A program made the translations under genes and the position numbers. A stretch of 64,000 nt of DNA from assembly GCF_004010195.1 (NCBI RefSeq), contig NC_057720.1:22286243-22350242 (forward strand). Reading direction: 5' to 3'. This stretch comes from Chiloscyllium plagiosum (Eukaryota). Positions 51,116 through 63,537 of this stretch are shown here, one piece after another (positions within the stretch are counted from its first letter, which is position 1; each line of letters starts with the position of its first letter). Under the pieces are notes generated by a model that worked only from the letters and a program-made list of their open reading frames with translations, was not told where the DNA came from and made no database searches.

Positions 51116-51542
51116 GGCGTTCTTCCTCCAGGCGTCTGGTGGTGAGGGAGCGGCGATGAAGGAGGCCCAGGACCTCCATGTCCTCGGCAGAGTGGGAGGG
51201 GGAGTTGAAATGTTGAGCCACAGGGCACCAATCAACCACAACGCCCCGTGGCCCAACATTTCAACTCCCCCTCCCACTCTGCCAAGGACATGGAGGTCCT
51301 GGGCCTCCTTCACCGCCGCTCCCTCACTCACCTATTGTACTCTATGCTACTTTCTCCTCACCCCCACCCTCCTCTCACTTATCGTTCCATCCTTCAGGCT
51401 CTCTGCCTGTATTCCTGATGAAGGGCTTTTGCCCGAAACGTTGATTTTACTGCTCCTCGGATGCTGCTTGAACTGCTGTGCTCTTCCAGCACCACTAATC
51501 CAGAATCTGGTTTCCAGCATCTGCAGTCATTGTTTTTACCTA
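51116..51542 (+). mobile_element. PLE family A fragment with inverted duplication of the GIY-YIG C-terminus
   Basis: PVAQHFNSPSHSA.DMEVLGLLHRRSLT on both strands; arms 51142-51226/51243-51327. Confidence 0.88.
51415..51442 (+). ncRNA. Minimal hammerhead ribozyme motif (intact core)
   Basis: CUGAUGA-a-GGGC-uuuu-GCCC-GAAA-CGUU. Confidence 0.65.
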
Positions 51543-53449
51543 GTGGATTTGATGGGCCAAAGGGCCTGCTTCCACACTGTAGGGATTCTATATCTCAGTG
51601 AAAAGAATGATCTATAAGTGCTGTTGGGTCCTCTTTGACCCTTTATTGTTACCAAAATAAGAATATACAATTTGTAATCAAAATTAATATGTTTGTACTT
51701 CACAGGATTAGGTTGGTTTAGTTACAAATAAGTAATATTTTCCAGTTACTGTCCTTTTCTAGGTCCCATTTATAAACTGATTCGATTTTCTGTTGTCAGC
51801 TAGTGTTGAAATTCTGTTTACAATCCTTCAGCTGAATTGTTAAAATTCAAACAGCATAGGTCCAAAACCTCCACTCACCATCACTGGCCCATTTCATACA
51901 GAGACATTTTTAAGTCATCCCATTCAGACATGACACAAACCTACAGCAGGTGGGGCTTGAACCCAGGCCTCTGGGCCAGAGGTAAGGATACTATCACTGT
52001 CATCAGAGCACCCCTGCTCCTATGTATACTATCCATTTGTGTTCCATCCAGAAGATTACTTTTCTTTAAAACCTTTCCCCAAAATACAGTATGGAACTGA
52101 TCTTAATACACATTACAGTTCTCAAGATTTTGAAGGTAGTTACACAGGCCATTGGTTTTGAGGTTTTATGAGAATATTGCCTCAAAGAAATTACTGGTAT
52201 TGCAATTTTTTACTCGGTTGGCAAATCAGAAGCATGTACTCACAATCGAGAATCTAGGCAGAATTGTCAAACTCTTATTAAGGTGAACTTGGAGGCAGAT
52301 GCGTGCAAGCATACATGATGGCATTGACTTGTTGACGTTCTGGCACCATTCCACGCCTGGTTTTTCATCCAAGAGGGCAGAGCTAATCACCCGCAAGTAA
52401 TGGATAGCCAATTAATTCTCCCTGAAGCATCAGGCACCTCCTGTTTGGAAAAGAGCTCCCTGAGGGAGACATGTTCCAGGCAGACTTTGAGGCACTTCCT
52501 CCCTGCCTGACCTAAAGCTTTGACTAGGGGGTTCCCATCCCATAGTGGTAGCTTGAGTGCTTGAGCTAATTTATATCTGAAATTGCAAAACAAATTTAGC
52601 AATGGCAGCACCCCACCATGCAATCACCTCCCCCCACCTCCAGCCCCAGCTTTCTCAGGTTACCTGAAAAGACAGACTACTCAATCTTTAGTGTTGGGGG
52701 ACAGGGTTTCTCCAACTTTGACATCCTGCCTTTAATTGGATGGTGGGCTTGCCTGTGACAACGAATTACCATAGTCTGCAAAACTCACAGCCTAGTGACT
52801 GTTCCCCTATACAGGGGCCTGGGAAATGGAGAGGGGAGGATGTTTGTGATTCTAATTTGGTCCTAACATCAGAGTCTCGACCCCAAAATCTCAAAGTTGT
52901 AACCCCAAAACTGTAATCTCTGTCTTTGGTCTTCAGGTTTCACCTAGAGTCATCGAATCATAGAGTGTTTCAGCACAGAAACAGCCCTTCAGCCCATTGC
53001 ACTGACCTATCTACACTAATCTGACTTTCCAGCATTGGGCCCACAGCCTTGAATGGTATGATATTTCAAGTGTTCATCCATGTACTTTTCAAAGATTGTG
53101 AGCTTTTCTACCTCTCTCAAATCCCCTCTAAACCTCCTGATCTTTATCTTAAAATAATGCCGTCTTGTCACTGAACCTTCAACTAAAGAGAACAGCTTTC
53201 AGAATCTGAATTAATTTTAGAAGGTAAATCTGATAAAGGTCTTGGATTGCTATAAAAAGGACAGTTGGTTCACGCATGTGTCTAAGGGGAGGAAACATGC
53301 CATCCTCACTCAGTCTGGCTCCAGTCCTACATAGACTCCAGTCCCAAACCATCATGCGTGACTGTGAACTGCCCTCTGATGTGCCTTTTCACAAGGGTGT
53401 AAGTAAACTTCTGCAACAGTTTGGAAAAAGACCATTTGCTGTTTTGGAG

Positions 53450-53770
53450 TTCAGGAAGAACTGTTTTATGAGGTGAGAACATTCCAGAAACAGAAGGCCC
53501 AAAATCAGTCTTGGAGCTCCTTAACATGCTTTGCTCGAATTGCCAGAACCTGTTTCTATTCAAAAGCAACTCACAGATTTTAATGAGAGGAGCACTGTAC
53601 CTTACTGGCAACAGTCTGAGAAGAAGTCTCAGGAGGCTGCGTGCTTGCATTGACAAGGTGACTGATCATAGCAAACATGGAGTGAAGGGAGTAGTCCTCT
53701 TTCTCTTTGCTACACTGCAATGGTTTCTGATTTTGCCAAGACTGCTGAAGAATCCTACGCATGAACAGTT
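53450..53770 (+). pseudogene. Possible Harbinger transposase relic
   Basis: ALYLTGNS..(SQEA)..RACIDKVTD...DFAKTA, like ALxFxxTGS..SQxA.xCIxxVTD..GFxxIAG. Confidence 0.35.
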
Positions 53771-56700
53771 ATATCCAAGTCAAAACTAATAGCTTTGCAT
53801 TTCTAAGTATTAATAAGTTTTATCAACAGTAATTTTCTTCAGTTTTGTTTTGAAGCTAGAGGGAATGTTGAGTTGTCAGCTACTGTAAAAGATGCGACTC
53901 CCCCTCACTTTCTCTGCAACAAATTTTGACAAGGGGACCCAAACAGCCATCACAAATGCAGCTGCTTGCAGGAAATGACCTGCCAAATTTAGCAGCAGCC
54001 TGGACTGACAGGCAGACCATCCCACCAAAATTTGACACTGCTGCACAGGTTTTATAACTGAAACTAGACACAATGCTCTTTTATCTTGTAAAGTATCTCA
54101 GACTCGACTTTGCCATATTTGAAAGATATACAACTGAACTGTGAGCCCCTTCAGTCCGACATTGTGCAAGCTCAATTTTGCTGAGAGATCAGCAATTTGA
54201 TCTGAAATATGATTCATTTTAATTGTTTGCCTGTTTGAAAGAAGTTCAAAAGGGTGTAGTGAAAATTATTTGTCTCAGGGCATGTCATAACTCCAAGACA
54301 TTTTAGTTTTGATATCCTTCAACAAATTATGTAAATTTATACCTGCCATACGGTGCAAATATGTGTTTTCTGACGGTGAATATTGATTTTTAATTACATT
54401 AAAAGCTATGAATAGAAACCATAAAGTATTTTTCATAATAAAACGGAGAAGGTTTACAAGGATATCTGCAGCAAGCAAATTATGTTTATTTCCTTATTTG
54501 TTTTTGCAAACCTCTTTAGAAAACAGCAGTTAAAATTTGTTTAATTCTGTGGTGTTAGTCTTTTCAAGTCTACCCTAAGTAACCAGTACCATTAATTTTT
54601 AAGTAATGGGCATATTTGTACAATTGTAAGTGGTTTTTCTTACATTAAAATGGCAAGTCACTAACAGCTGTGTATTATGACACAGCTGTCTGATTTTGAA
54701 GAATATATTCCTGTTGTCTAAGATCACACATTAGCTTCCGGTATCCTGCACAAATTCAACCGCACATTACAACTCTTTTTTTGAACTACATCCTGAGTCT
54801 GTCATAAAATGCCTCCATGTTAACTCGAGCTATGTTTTCTGCCAGTCTCTTTTTGCATGCCAATTACATATAAGGCACTGCTCAGGCATCAGACAAAAAT
54901 TCCACAAGGCTGGTGTGCTAGCACACCCTAATTAACCATCAGCTTAATTAGACAATTTACTGTGTAATTAGCAGGCAATTAGTCAGCACCTCTCAGTTTT
55001 TATTGACTGCTGTGACAGCCATGTCTGCTTTGCAAATTCCAACACTAAACAGTGGATTATACAGCCTGTAGTCCAGAACGTTTCAGTGACATATTTTCCC
55101 CACATCAGTGTTTACACAGTATTTCATTCCAGCCTACGTATTACTAATTCTCTTTACTAGGATTCAAACCTTTCAAGGACAACTTCATGTCAGAATGTTT
55201 GAGAATTCATGGTTACATGAACAGAAGAATGTATATTGAAGTAAATTGTAAAGGAATGAAACTTAGATCTAGGGCAGCAATTGAAGAATGAGACATCAGA
55301 TTATTAAACAATGTTATGCTGCACAATAAAGTCCCAACAAGATTTCAAAATGAATGCACAAAAATGGGGCTCAGATACAAATGTTCTACTGTGTTGTGTG
55401 AGCATAAGTTTGGATATATTTATATTTAGCAGTCAGTATCCAATGGTTTTAATGTTGTTTTCTGCTAATCATCACCGCTGAAGTATGACACAATATGGTA
55501 ATGCCAGTTTTATTTTGCTGTTAAACTTAAATCATTTAGTGGCTGTTCTCTTTTGCATAATTTAAAAACAATGATTCCAATTTGAATTCCAACTCATATG
55601 ATTTAACAATTAGGCATGCTTTTAAACTCTGGTGAAGTTTTGATATATTTCAAATGTATAATAATTTGATGACAGATACATTTCTGATTTCTGCTCTTTC
55701 AAGTATAGATTCATATCAATTTATTGTAATTTACTATCCTATAATAGTACCATTAGCTTCAAAATATCCAGAAAAAAAACTCAGATTAAATATAACCATC
55801 TAGGTTTCACTTGCTTTTTATACATGTATATTTATTACAGACACGTTTTTCTTATTTGGAGAAAAGAAATCCAAATCAAATTGGCAGGTGTATGCAATTT
55901 CACCGTTGAAATTCCTGTGAAATCCAAATTAGTTAAAGGCAGCAAGATAAAATCCAGCAATCCAGAAACAAGTGCTATAATGTCCCTTTCATGCTCCTCA
56001 AGCAATTAATTTCCTAGTTAACAATTATAAATTCTGGACCCAAAAACCCACAAGCCTACTCAGCTGCTGTAGTTATGACAGAGTAGGATTTGTGCCCCGG
56101 GGTAATATAAGTGCTTGATCTTGCTGGAGGCAATCTGTTTAATGCTGACAGACACCCACATAATCTTGAGTCCATTCTGCGTGGGTAGAGAAATGTGGCA
56201 CTGGATAGCTGCTTGCCTAGAAAAGCTGGCTGAAATGGCTGACAAGTAAAAAGAAAATCCTATAATCAGCTCTTTATTTCTGGAAGGTTACTGACCTCAG
56301 TCTTGCATGTCCTCTTCCGCAAACCATGATGTAGACAGGCATATTTCTTACTATTTACACTATTCAGATATTAGACACAGGGACCATTTATTAGGCCCAG
56401 TGTCCAGAGGTAAGGATTGATGAGTAGTTTGTGCAAATGCTTACATAGCTTGGCCAAGAAGAAGCCTCAGCAACAAAGAAAGAGAATTTTCCTTTTTCAA
56501 AATCAAATGTTTTTCACAGACAAATGACTGTGGCTGGTCTTTAATAAGGATCTAACTCTCCAAATATCCTTCATATTGTGAGGGATTTAGCCAGTAGGTC
56601 TGCCATTCAGCAAATAAAATAGAGACCGCTGTCACAATTACAGTGGAATATCTCAGTAATGTCTCACAATTATGAATGCTTTTCAATTTGGATCTCAAGA

Positions 56701-57689
56701 AGTACCCAAGGTCAGCTTCATTATTACAGACAATTACCTATATTAGATGGTATTCTTTGTGAAGAAACTTTGAAGACTCGCTGTTCCACTCCCAAGACAA
56801 ACCATTGGCAGGCTGGGAGGGAAGACCGTAAACAACGGAAACAAGTGAAACAAACAGGATCATTCATACATATAAATGATGTAAACCACTGCTCCGGATC
56901 TGGTGTTGTCATGTAGTAAAGATTGTGGGCACTTCTTTAGAAATTAAAGAGTCTTTGTGCCTACAATGCAGGGTAACCCACACAATAAATATAAGCACAT
57001 CAGAGTTAGACAGTGCTTAGGCTTCCAAATCATAGCCTGCTCCTCAATTTGTCAAGTACTACTATAACTTCCTCTTCTCAGAGAACATGGCTTAGCTGTT
57101 CACATATATAAATGGAACATGGGTGGATAAAAATCAATAATTTCAAGACACAGTGTTACTGTCATATGTATGCAACTAGGAGTTCCACAATTTTTAGTGC
57201 TTCCATTAGAAAGATGTGGTGATCAATTCCAAAGTGATCAAAATACTGAGAAATGAGGTATATACCGTCATAATGTCTCATGCCATTGGTGGCTGTTGGA
57301 TGTAAGCATCTTTTGACTTTCCACGTGGTCCAGCTTTTCCTCATCTTTATTCAAGGTCAAGCTTCTGTCAAGGCCCAGTTTGTGTAGAATTCAATATATT
57401 GTTGCAACAGTATCCACTTTACTCTTGCATAATGTGAGCTGTACCACAAACCCATCACACTCACCAATCTATTCATATATTTAGAGTGTTACTTAGACAA
57501 CCCACGTCTGTGATCAGTGATGGTATTAATTCACATGTGTCTGCTGTTGTATCAAATTTCTACTCAAAAGAGATATCATTAGCATAACATACACAAACTA
57601 CTTAGGAACAGAAGATAGGAGCAGGAGTTAGCCATTTGGTCCTTTAAGACTGCTCCACCATTCATTAAGATTATTGGTTGATCTTCTTG

Positions 57690-58852
57690 TAGTGGAGCGC
57701 AGAGGGACAGAAGGATTTTGAGGAGTTTATCCACAGATCCCTGAAGGTGGGAAGACAGGTTAATCGAGTAGTTAAGAAGCATATGGAGCATTTGTCTTTA
57801 TCAGTCAAGGCATAGACTCAAGGATCGGAGAGGTTATGTTGGAGCTGTACAAAACTTGGGTTAGGCCACAGCTGGAGTACTGTACGCAGTTCTGGTCACC
57901 ACACTATACAAATGATGTGATTGCACTGGAGAGTATGCGGAGGAGATTCAAAAGGATATTGTTTGGGATGAAGCATTTGTGCTATGAAGAGAGGCTGGAT
58001 GGGGAAGGCAATGGCCTGGTGGTATTAAACCAGAGAACCAAGAAATGTTCTGGGGATCTGTGTTCAAATCCTGCCATAGCAGATGGTGGAATTCAAATTC
58101 AACTGAAAAAAAAACTAGAATTTAGAGTCTAATGATGACCATGAAATGATTGTTTGGGGTGGCACAGTGGTTAGCACTGCTGCCTCTCAGCACCAGGGTC
58201 CCAGGTTCGATTCCAGCCTCGGGTGACTGCCTGTGTGGAGTTTGCACATTCTCCCCGTGTCTCTGTGGGTTTCCTCCCACAATCCAAATCCAAAAAGATG
58301 TGCAGGTCAGGTGAATTGGCCATGCTAAATTGCCCATAGTGTTAGGTGCATTAGTCAGAGGGAAATGGGACGGGTGGGTTACTTTTCGGAGGGTCGGTGT
58401 GGGCTTGTTGGGCCGAAGGGCCTGTTTCCACACTGTAGAGAATCTAATCTAACTCAGATTATTTTCTTTAGAAATGAGAAAGTTGAGAGAGGACCTGACT
58501 GAGATCGGTAAGATTATGAAGAGCGTGACAAGGTGGAAAGGTAGCAGTTGTCCTCCTTAGTTGAAGGGTTAATAATGAGGATGCCTAATTTTAAGGTGAA
58601 GGGCAAGCAGATTAGAAATCTATTTTTACCTAGAGGGTGGTAGTGGCTTGGAAAGCACTGACTGTGAGGGTAGTGGAGGCAGGAAACCTCACAATCTTTA
58701 AAAAAGTACTCGGAAACACAGATAAAGTGTCATCACATTCAAAGCTATGGCCTACTGCAGTAAAGTGGGAGTAGTATACATAGTAGTGGATACTTGGCAG
58801 TACAGATTTGATGGGCCAAAGGGCCTCTTCTGTACTATATGATTCTATGATT
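57690..58852 (+). mobile_element. CR1 3' fragment with a nested SINE (57998-58153) and HE1
   Basis: MLELYKTWVRPQLEYCTQFWSPHY..YEERLD; resumes at ~58455 and ends in ctatgatt repeats. Confidence 0.85.
58154..58452 (+). mobile_element. HE1-like V-SINE
   Basis: A box tggcacagtgg, B box ggttcgattcc, V domain, (aatct)n tail. Confidence 0.92.
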
Positions 58853-58989
58853 CGAAGATCACCTCTCATTCTTCTAAACTCCAAACGATATTAACCCAAA
58901 CTATATGGCCTTCCTTAAGATCTTCATTATCCATCTCTACATCTGCCCATTTAAGAACTCTATAACATTTGATTACCTGAGAATTTATA

Positions 58990-60405
58990 GCATTTGAGTT
59001 TTGCTGAAAAAGACTTACTTTGTCAAAGGTTTTCACCTTGCAATTGACAATAATCATGCAAATGTTAAGGGACACAATATTTTTATACTATATGAGAAGT
59101 TGGCAAGTGGAGTCCAACTAGTAGAAACATTGCCATGGAGAATGCACCAGTTGAACAATGATTGACAGTTAACTGCCAAACTCTGTTCAAATTAAATCAA
59201 GCAGATTTAGTCTGAGTGGTCACTTCATGGCTTTGAAGAATGAGTCAGAGAATTGCTATTGCCAATTTTGTTAAGTTGAAATAAGTGCAATATGTGCTTA
59301 CTTTCTCTATCTATGAAAAAGCAGGGCCCTGCCTATTAATTATGTTGCTTCCATCTCCATACAAGTTCATGAGACTGACTGACAATTATAAATTGGTTAC
59401 CAGTGTAATTCTTAACATATTTAGGGCATTGTGCAAACCTGTGAACAGATCTAAGGCCTTTACAGCTAATCCTGAAAACTGCCCAGATTACTGCAGATTA
59501 CCATGAAAGGATAAAGTATCTCAAGAATCTGAGAAACAAATGAACGGAAACAGCAGTTTCATGCTGCTACTTACAATGACAGTATGAGTGGTGTTTGCTA
59601 CTTACAGAATGCTGATATCTAGCCAAAAATGTGTTCTGCCTATCACACAAATGAATAATGTGTAGATAAATTTTAGAGCGTATATGATGCCAGGTATGTA
59701 GGCTGTACATCTCAGAGCCTGATGGATCCTATCAAACAGTATATCCCTTTTGCTGTTCTCAACACAAAATACTAACTACATCCAATCAGCCTGTGCTTGC
59801 AAAACTCAAAGTATAGCGTCTAATACTGGATATAATTCCACAATTGGACAATATTTTTAAATTATCCTCAGTGTGCTAAGTATTACACTGGTAACCAATT
59901 TAAGGTTGTCACTCACTTGTTCGTGCTATAAGCTACATACTTTAATACAAGAGGACTTGTACTTTACAGACAGAAAATGCATATACACAGATTACAACTG
60001 TTTCAATATAACTAAATAGGCACCAGTCATTTAAAAGCAAAGTAATGCAGATGCTGCAGATCTGAAATAAAAACAAAGTGCTGGAGAAACAGAGCTGATA
60101 TGGAAGACTATGGCAGCCATTCTCTGGTACATTCCTCATGCAAATGCCTTGAGTGATCAGTCAACCTGCCTGGTTTAAATTTAAACAAAGCTTGGCAATT
60201 AAGTATCAGCTATCATCTCACTGGTGCATTCTCCATAGTAATGCTTTTACTAATCAGAGTTCACTTCCCAACCAAACAGCATGCTGTTGTCATATGGTAA
60301 TAGAAATGTTGTTCCCCTTTATGTTGGTGTTCTTGTGAATGTTTTGATCGCTATAAAATAGAAAACTTCAACAATATACACAATATATTTTCAGTAATGC
60401 TCAAT
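58990..60405. repeat. Large diverged inverted repeat (~440-bp and ~545-bp arms)
   Basis: Exact inverted matches: 59390-59409 vs 59882-59901 (20 bp), and atggagaatgcaccagt (~59134) vs ~60220; colinear similarity between them. Confidence 0.8.
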
Positions 60406-63217
60406 TTTTAATCCAGTAAACAACATACACTCCAGAAAGTTTATACAAATTTGCACCAATAGTTGTGAACAATTTGCATGTTGATGGTATTTAGGTACAG
60501 CATGTATATGGGTTTACAATGAGCTATAATGCATTCAATGATTTTCTGTACCTTGGGAAAGCAAATAAGTTGGAAAGCAGTAGATGTCTTCTCTGCTGGT
60601 AGCTGTCATTAAAGTGCATGCAGGTGGTGGATGTTGAAATATAACGTCAGTTGCTTATTTAATGCAGCAATGGATTGCACAAAAGCATAAATGAAGCATT
60701 AAATCTGAGAGCAGAGGTGATAGCTGCTAGTGTAATTTGAATGTCTGATTGTTCCTGCAGGACCAGATGGTACACCTGAGTCACAATCTCTTTGCTGAAC
60801 CCGAAAAAGTGCCTGAGGTAGTTTGAGTCATGCCTGGATTCTTTCTCCTCAGGATGAAATGGCTGGTAATAGTTGCTGCACATATGCTATGGGGCTAAAT
60901 ATCTGGCTGTAATATTTATTCCTTAATGCTCTGTTGAAATTTTGCCCTTTTCTTCTATATAGTTAATCAAGATTAATTTCATATTTATTCCACACACTTA
61001 CCAAACCCAATTTTCTATTAAGTGTCCTTTAACAAATGATTAGCACTTGTTAACAAGCTTTATTTTTGGTGGGTTAACTGCCACACAATATTTCAGTGTG
61101 GGTGCAGCCTCTGAATTGTAATAACAATGGAAGGGAATTGTTTTCTAGTGCTGGTAATCCACTGTTCACTCACATCTAATTTCTTTGTTAAATTTCAGCA
61201 GATATGCCCTTAGAGTCTGTGGTTTTAAAATCCAGGTTTGAAAAAAATGTTATGGAATAGACATTTCAACTTAAGATTTAAACCAATTAATTTACCACAG
61301 GTCAAATTACTGGTGCAAAGCAATTCCGTCTGTTTTTTTGCTGTTTGACAGCCTGCTTAGTATATCCCCAAGAAGCCCTTTCATAACTCGTACACCTTTT
61401 ACAGAGAACACAAATAATGAAGGAATAATAACATTTCTGTTTACCAAGATACCAGCTGGCATTTCAATGCAAGATGGCCATGTATAATCAGTAACAGTAT
61501 AGTACACTCTCTATCCATTCAGTCTTTCTTATACAAATATCATCAATTTATCAAAAAAGAACTTAAGAACATGTACTGAATTCCTTTTAAAAAAACCAAA
61601 GTTCATGCGAACATATTTGAGCCAGAAATTACTGCAGTATTCAGCTGTCAATCTATTTGCACGACAAGGGAGTAACCATGTCTGTAGGATAGGATAATAA
61701 AATTTCAAGCAGATGTTCAGGCAGAGCTTTAATTCTCATTTAAGTCCCTTGGTAAGCATTTCATTTTGTCTTCGTATGCGAGCAAGACGAATCACACTTC
61801 ATCAGAAGTGTATTTGAAATGTTACTAATTCATATTATGGTATATTGATGGAGAAACAACCTTTGTCGTATAAAAATGATCAAAATTTAAAATGCCACAA
61901 TATTATAGTTCACAGATGTTGTGTTGCTCTCAATTTACCCAACATAATAAAATACAGCAGAATGATAGGTCTTAAAGCAAATTGGAGTCCTGAAAATAAT
62001 TTCAACCAACCTCTTGCAGGAGAGTGTAATCACATGTTTATCACCTATATACAGCACTGATAGTCTGCATTACATAATGGTGCAAAATTGGAATTTGATT
62101 AACTTTCAGTTAGGTATTCACTGAATCATGCCATATCCGAGAGAACATGGTAGGAGAAACAGCAAATGCGAGATCCAATTTGCTTCGGCTTGGACAATAC
62201 CCAAGTTATTTCACATGATAAGTTAGAATGAGAAAGGTCCTTCAGCCTGCCTGCTCCTGTCAGAAGACAAGCCCTGCTATCCTCTTATTGCAGCACCTAA
62301 TTCCTAAAGTATTCCGCCCTCAACTATTTTGCTGGTTACCTAATTTCTCAAGATGATCACGATCTGCACTTCCTGGTATCTGTCCTAAACTTGCCTCGTG
62401 GATTCTCAAGCCTATGCATTATTATTTAACTTTCAGACATCTGAAAGTTTTGTTTCACACCTAACTCCAGGCAGGTATAAAATATTTATCATTTGAGTTG
62501 AACAAGTAGAGTTTCTTTTGAAGGGGCCAGTATTCATTGCCCATCGCTAACTGTCCATGAAAAGATAATGTAAGTCGTAGTCTGTGAGGTGCAGGTATGC
62601 CCACAGTGCTTTTAGGTAGAGAATTCCAGTATTTTGACCCTGCAACAGTGAACAACAATACAGTTCAAAGACAGGATGGTGTATACGTTGGAGGGAACCT
62701 TAAGCCTAGCACTTGCTGCCTCTGACCTTTTAGATGGTAGTGGCCATTGATTTTGAGAGATATTTCTTAAATGTTGTATGAGATACTATAATCCAGGAAA
62801 GTGGAGAGTATAACATCATATTCCTGACTTGTGCTTATAGATGGTGAAAAAGCTTGGGGAGGCGTGAGGTGAGTCACTTGTCACACAATTCCTCGACCTT
62901 GATCTGGTTTTATAGACTCAGTACTTTTGTAAAAGCTCCAGTCAAATCTCTCATTAACACAAAATTGTTAATGGGAGGTTTTCAACAATAGTCATATTGT
63001 TGAGTATCAAAGAAATGTGTTGTGAATGGTCATTGCCCAGCAGCTGCATGACAAAATATTACTTGCCTCTTATCAGCCAAACCTGAATACTATCTAGGTA
63101 TTCCTGTATGCCAGCAAATTCTGCTTCATTTATGAGAACTGTGAATAGAACTAAACTAGGCAATCTTAAGCATATGACCTTTGATGTTACAGATAATTTC
63201 TGATCAATCTACTCAGA

Positions 63218-63537
63218 GATTAGATTAGATTACATTACATTACAGTGTGGAAACAGGCCCTTCGGCCCAACAAGTCCACACTGACCCGCTGAAGCGTAAC
63301 CCACCCATACCCCTACATTTACCCCTTTCCTAACACTACGGGCAATTTAGCATGGCCAATTCACCTGACCTGCACATCTTTGGACTGGAGGAGGAAACCG
63401 GAGCACCTGGAGGAAACCCACGCAGACACGGGGAGAATGTGCAAACTCCACACAGTCAGTCGCCTGAGGTGGGAATTGAACCCGGGTCTCTGGCGCTGTG
63501 AGGCAGCAGTGCTAACCACTGTGCCACCGTGCCGCCC
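63218..63537 (-). mobile_element. Full-length young HE1-like V-SINE
   Basis: Minus gggcggcacggtggcacagtggttagcactgc head, B box gggttcaattccc, V domain, (taatc/taatg)n tail; CpGs retained. Confidence 0.95.

Larger units (their letters stand above)
50888..51592 (+). mobile_element. HE1-like V-SINE split by a PLE insertion
   Basis: Head ggcatggtggctcagtgg, V domain; tail resumes at 51543. Confidence 0.85.

Noticed and set aside
50892..51617. 241-aa ORF
   Set aside because: Chance frame across SINE and PLE pieces
58154..58225. tRNA gene
   Set aside because: The A/B boxes belong to the SINE head and continue into the V domain; the same applies to the other HE1 copies
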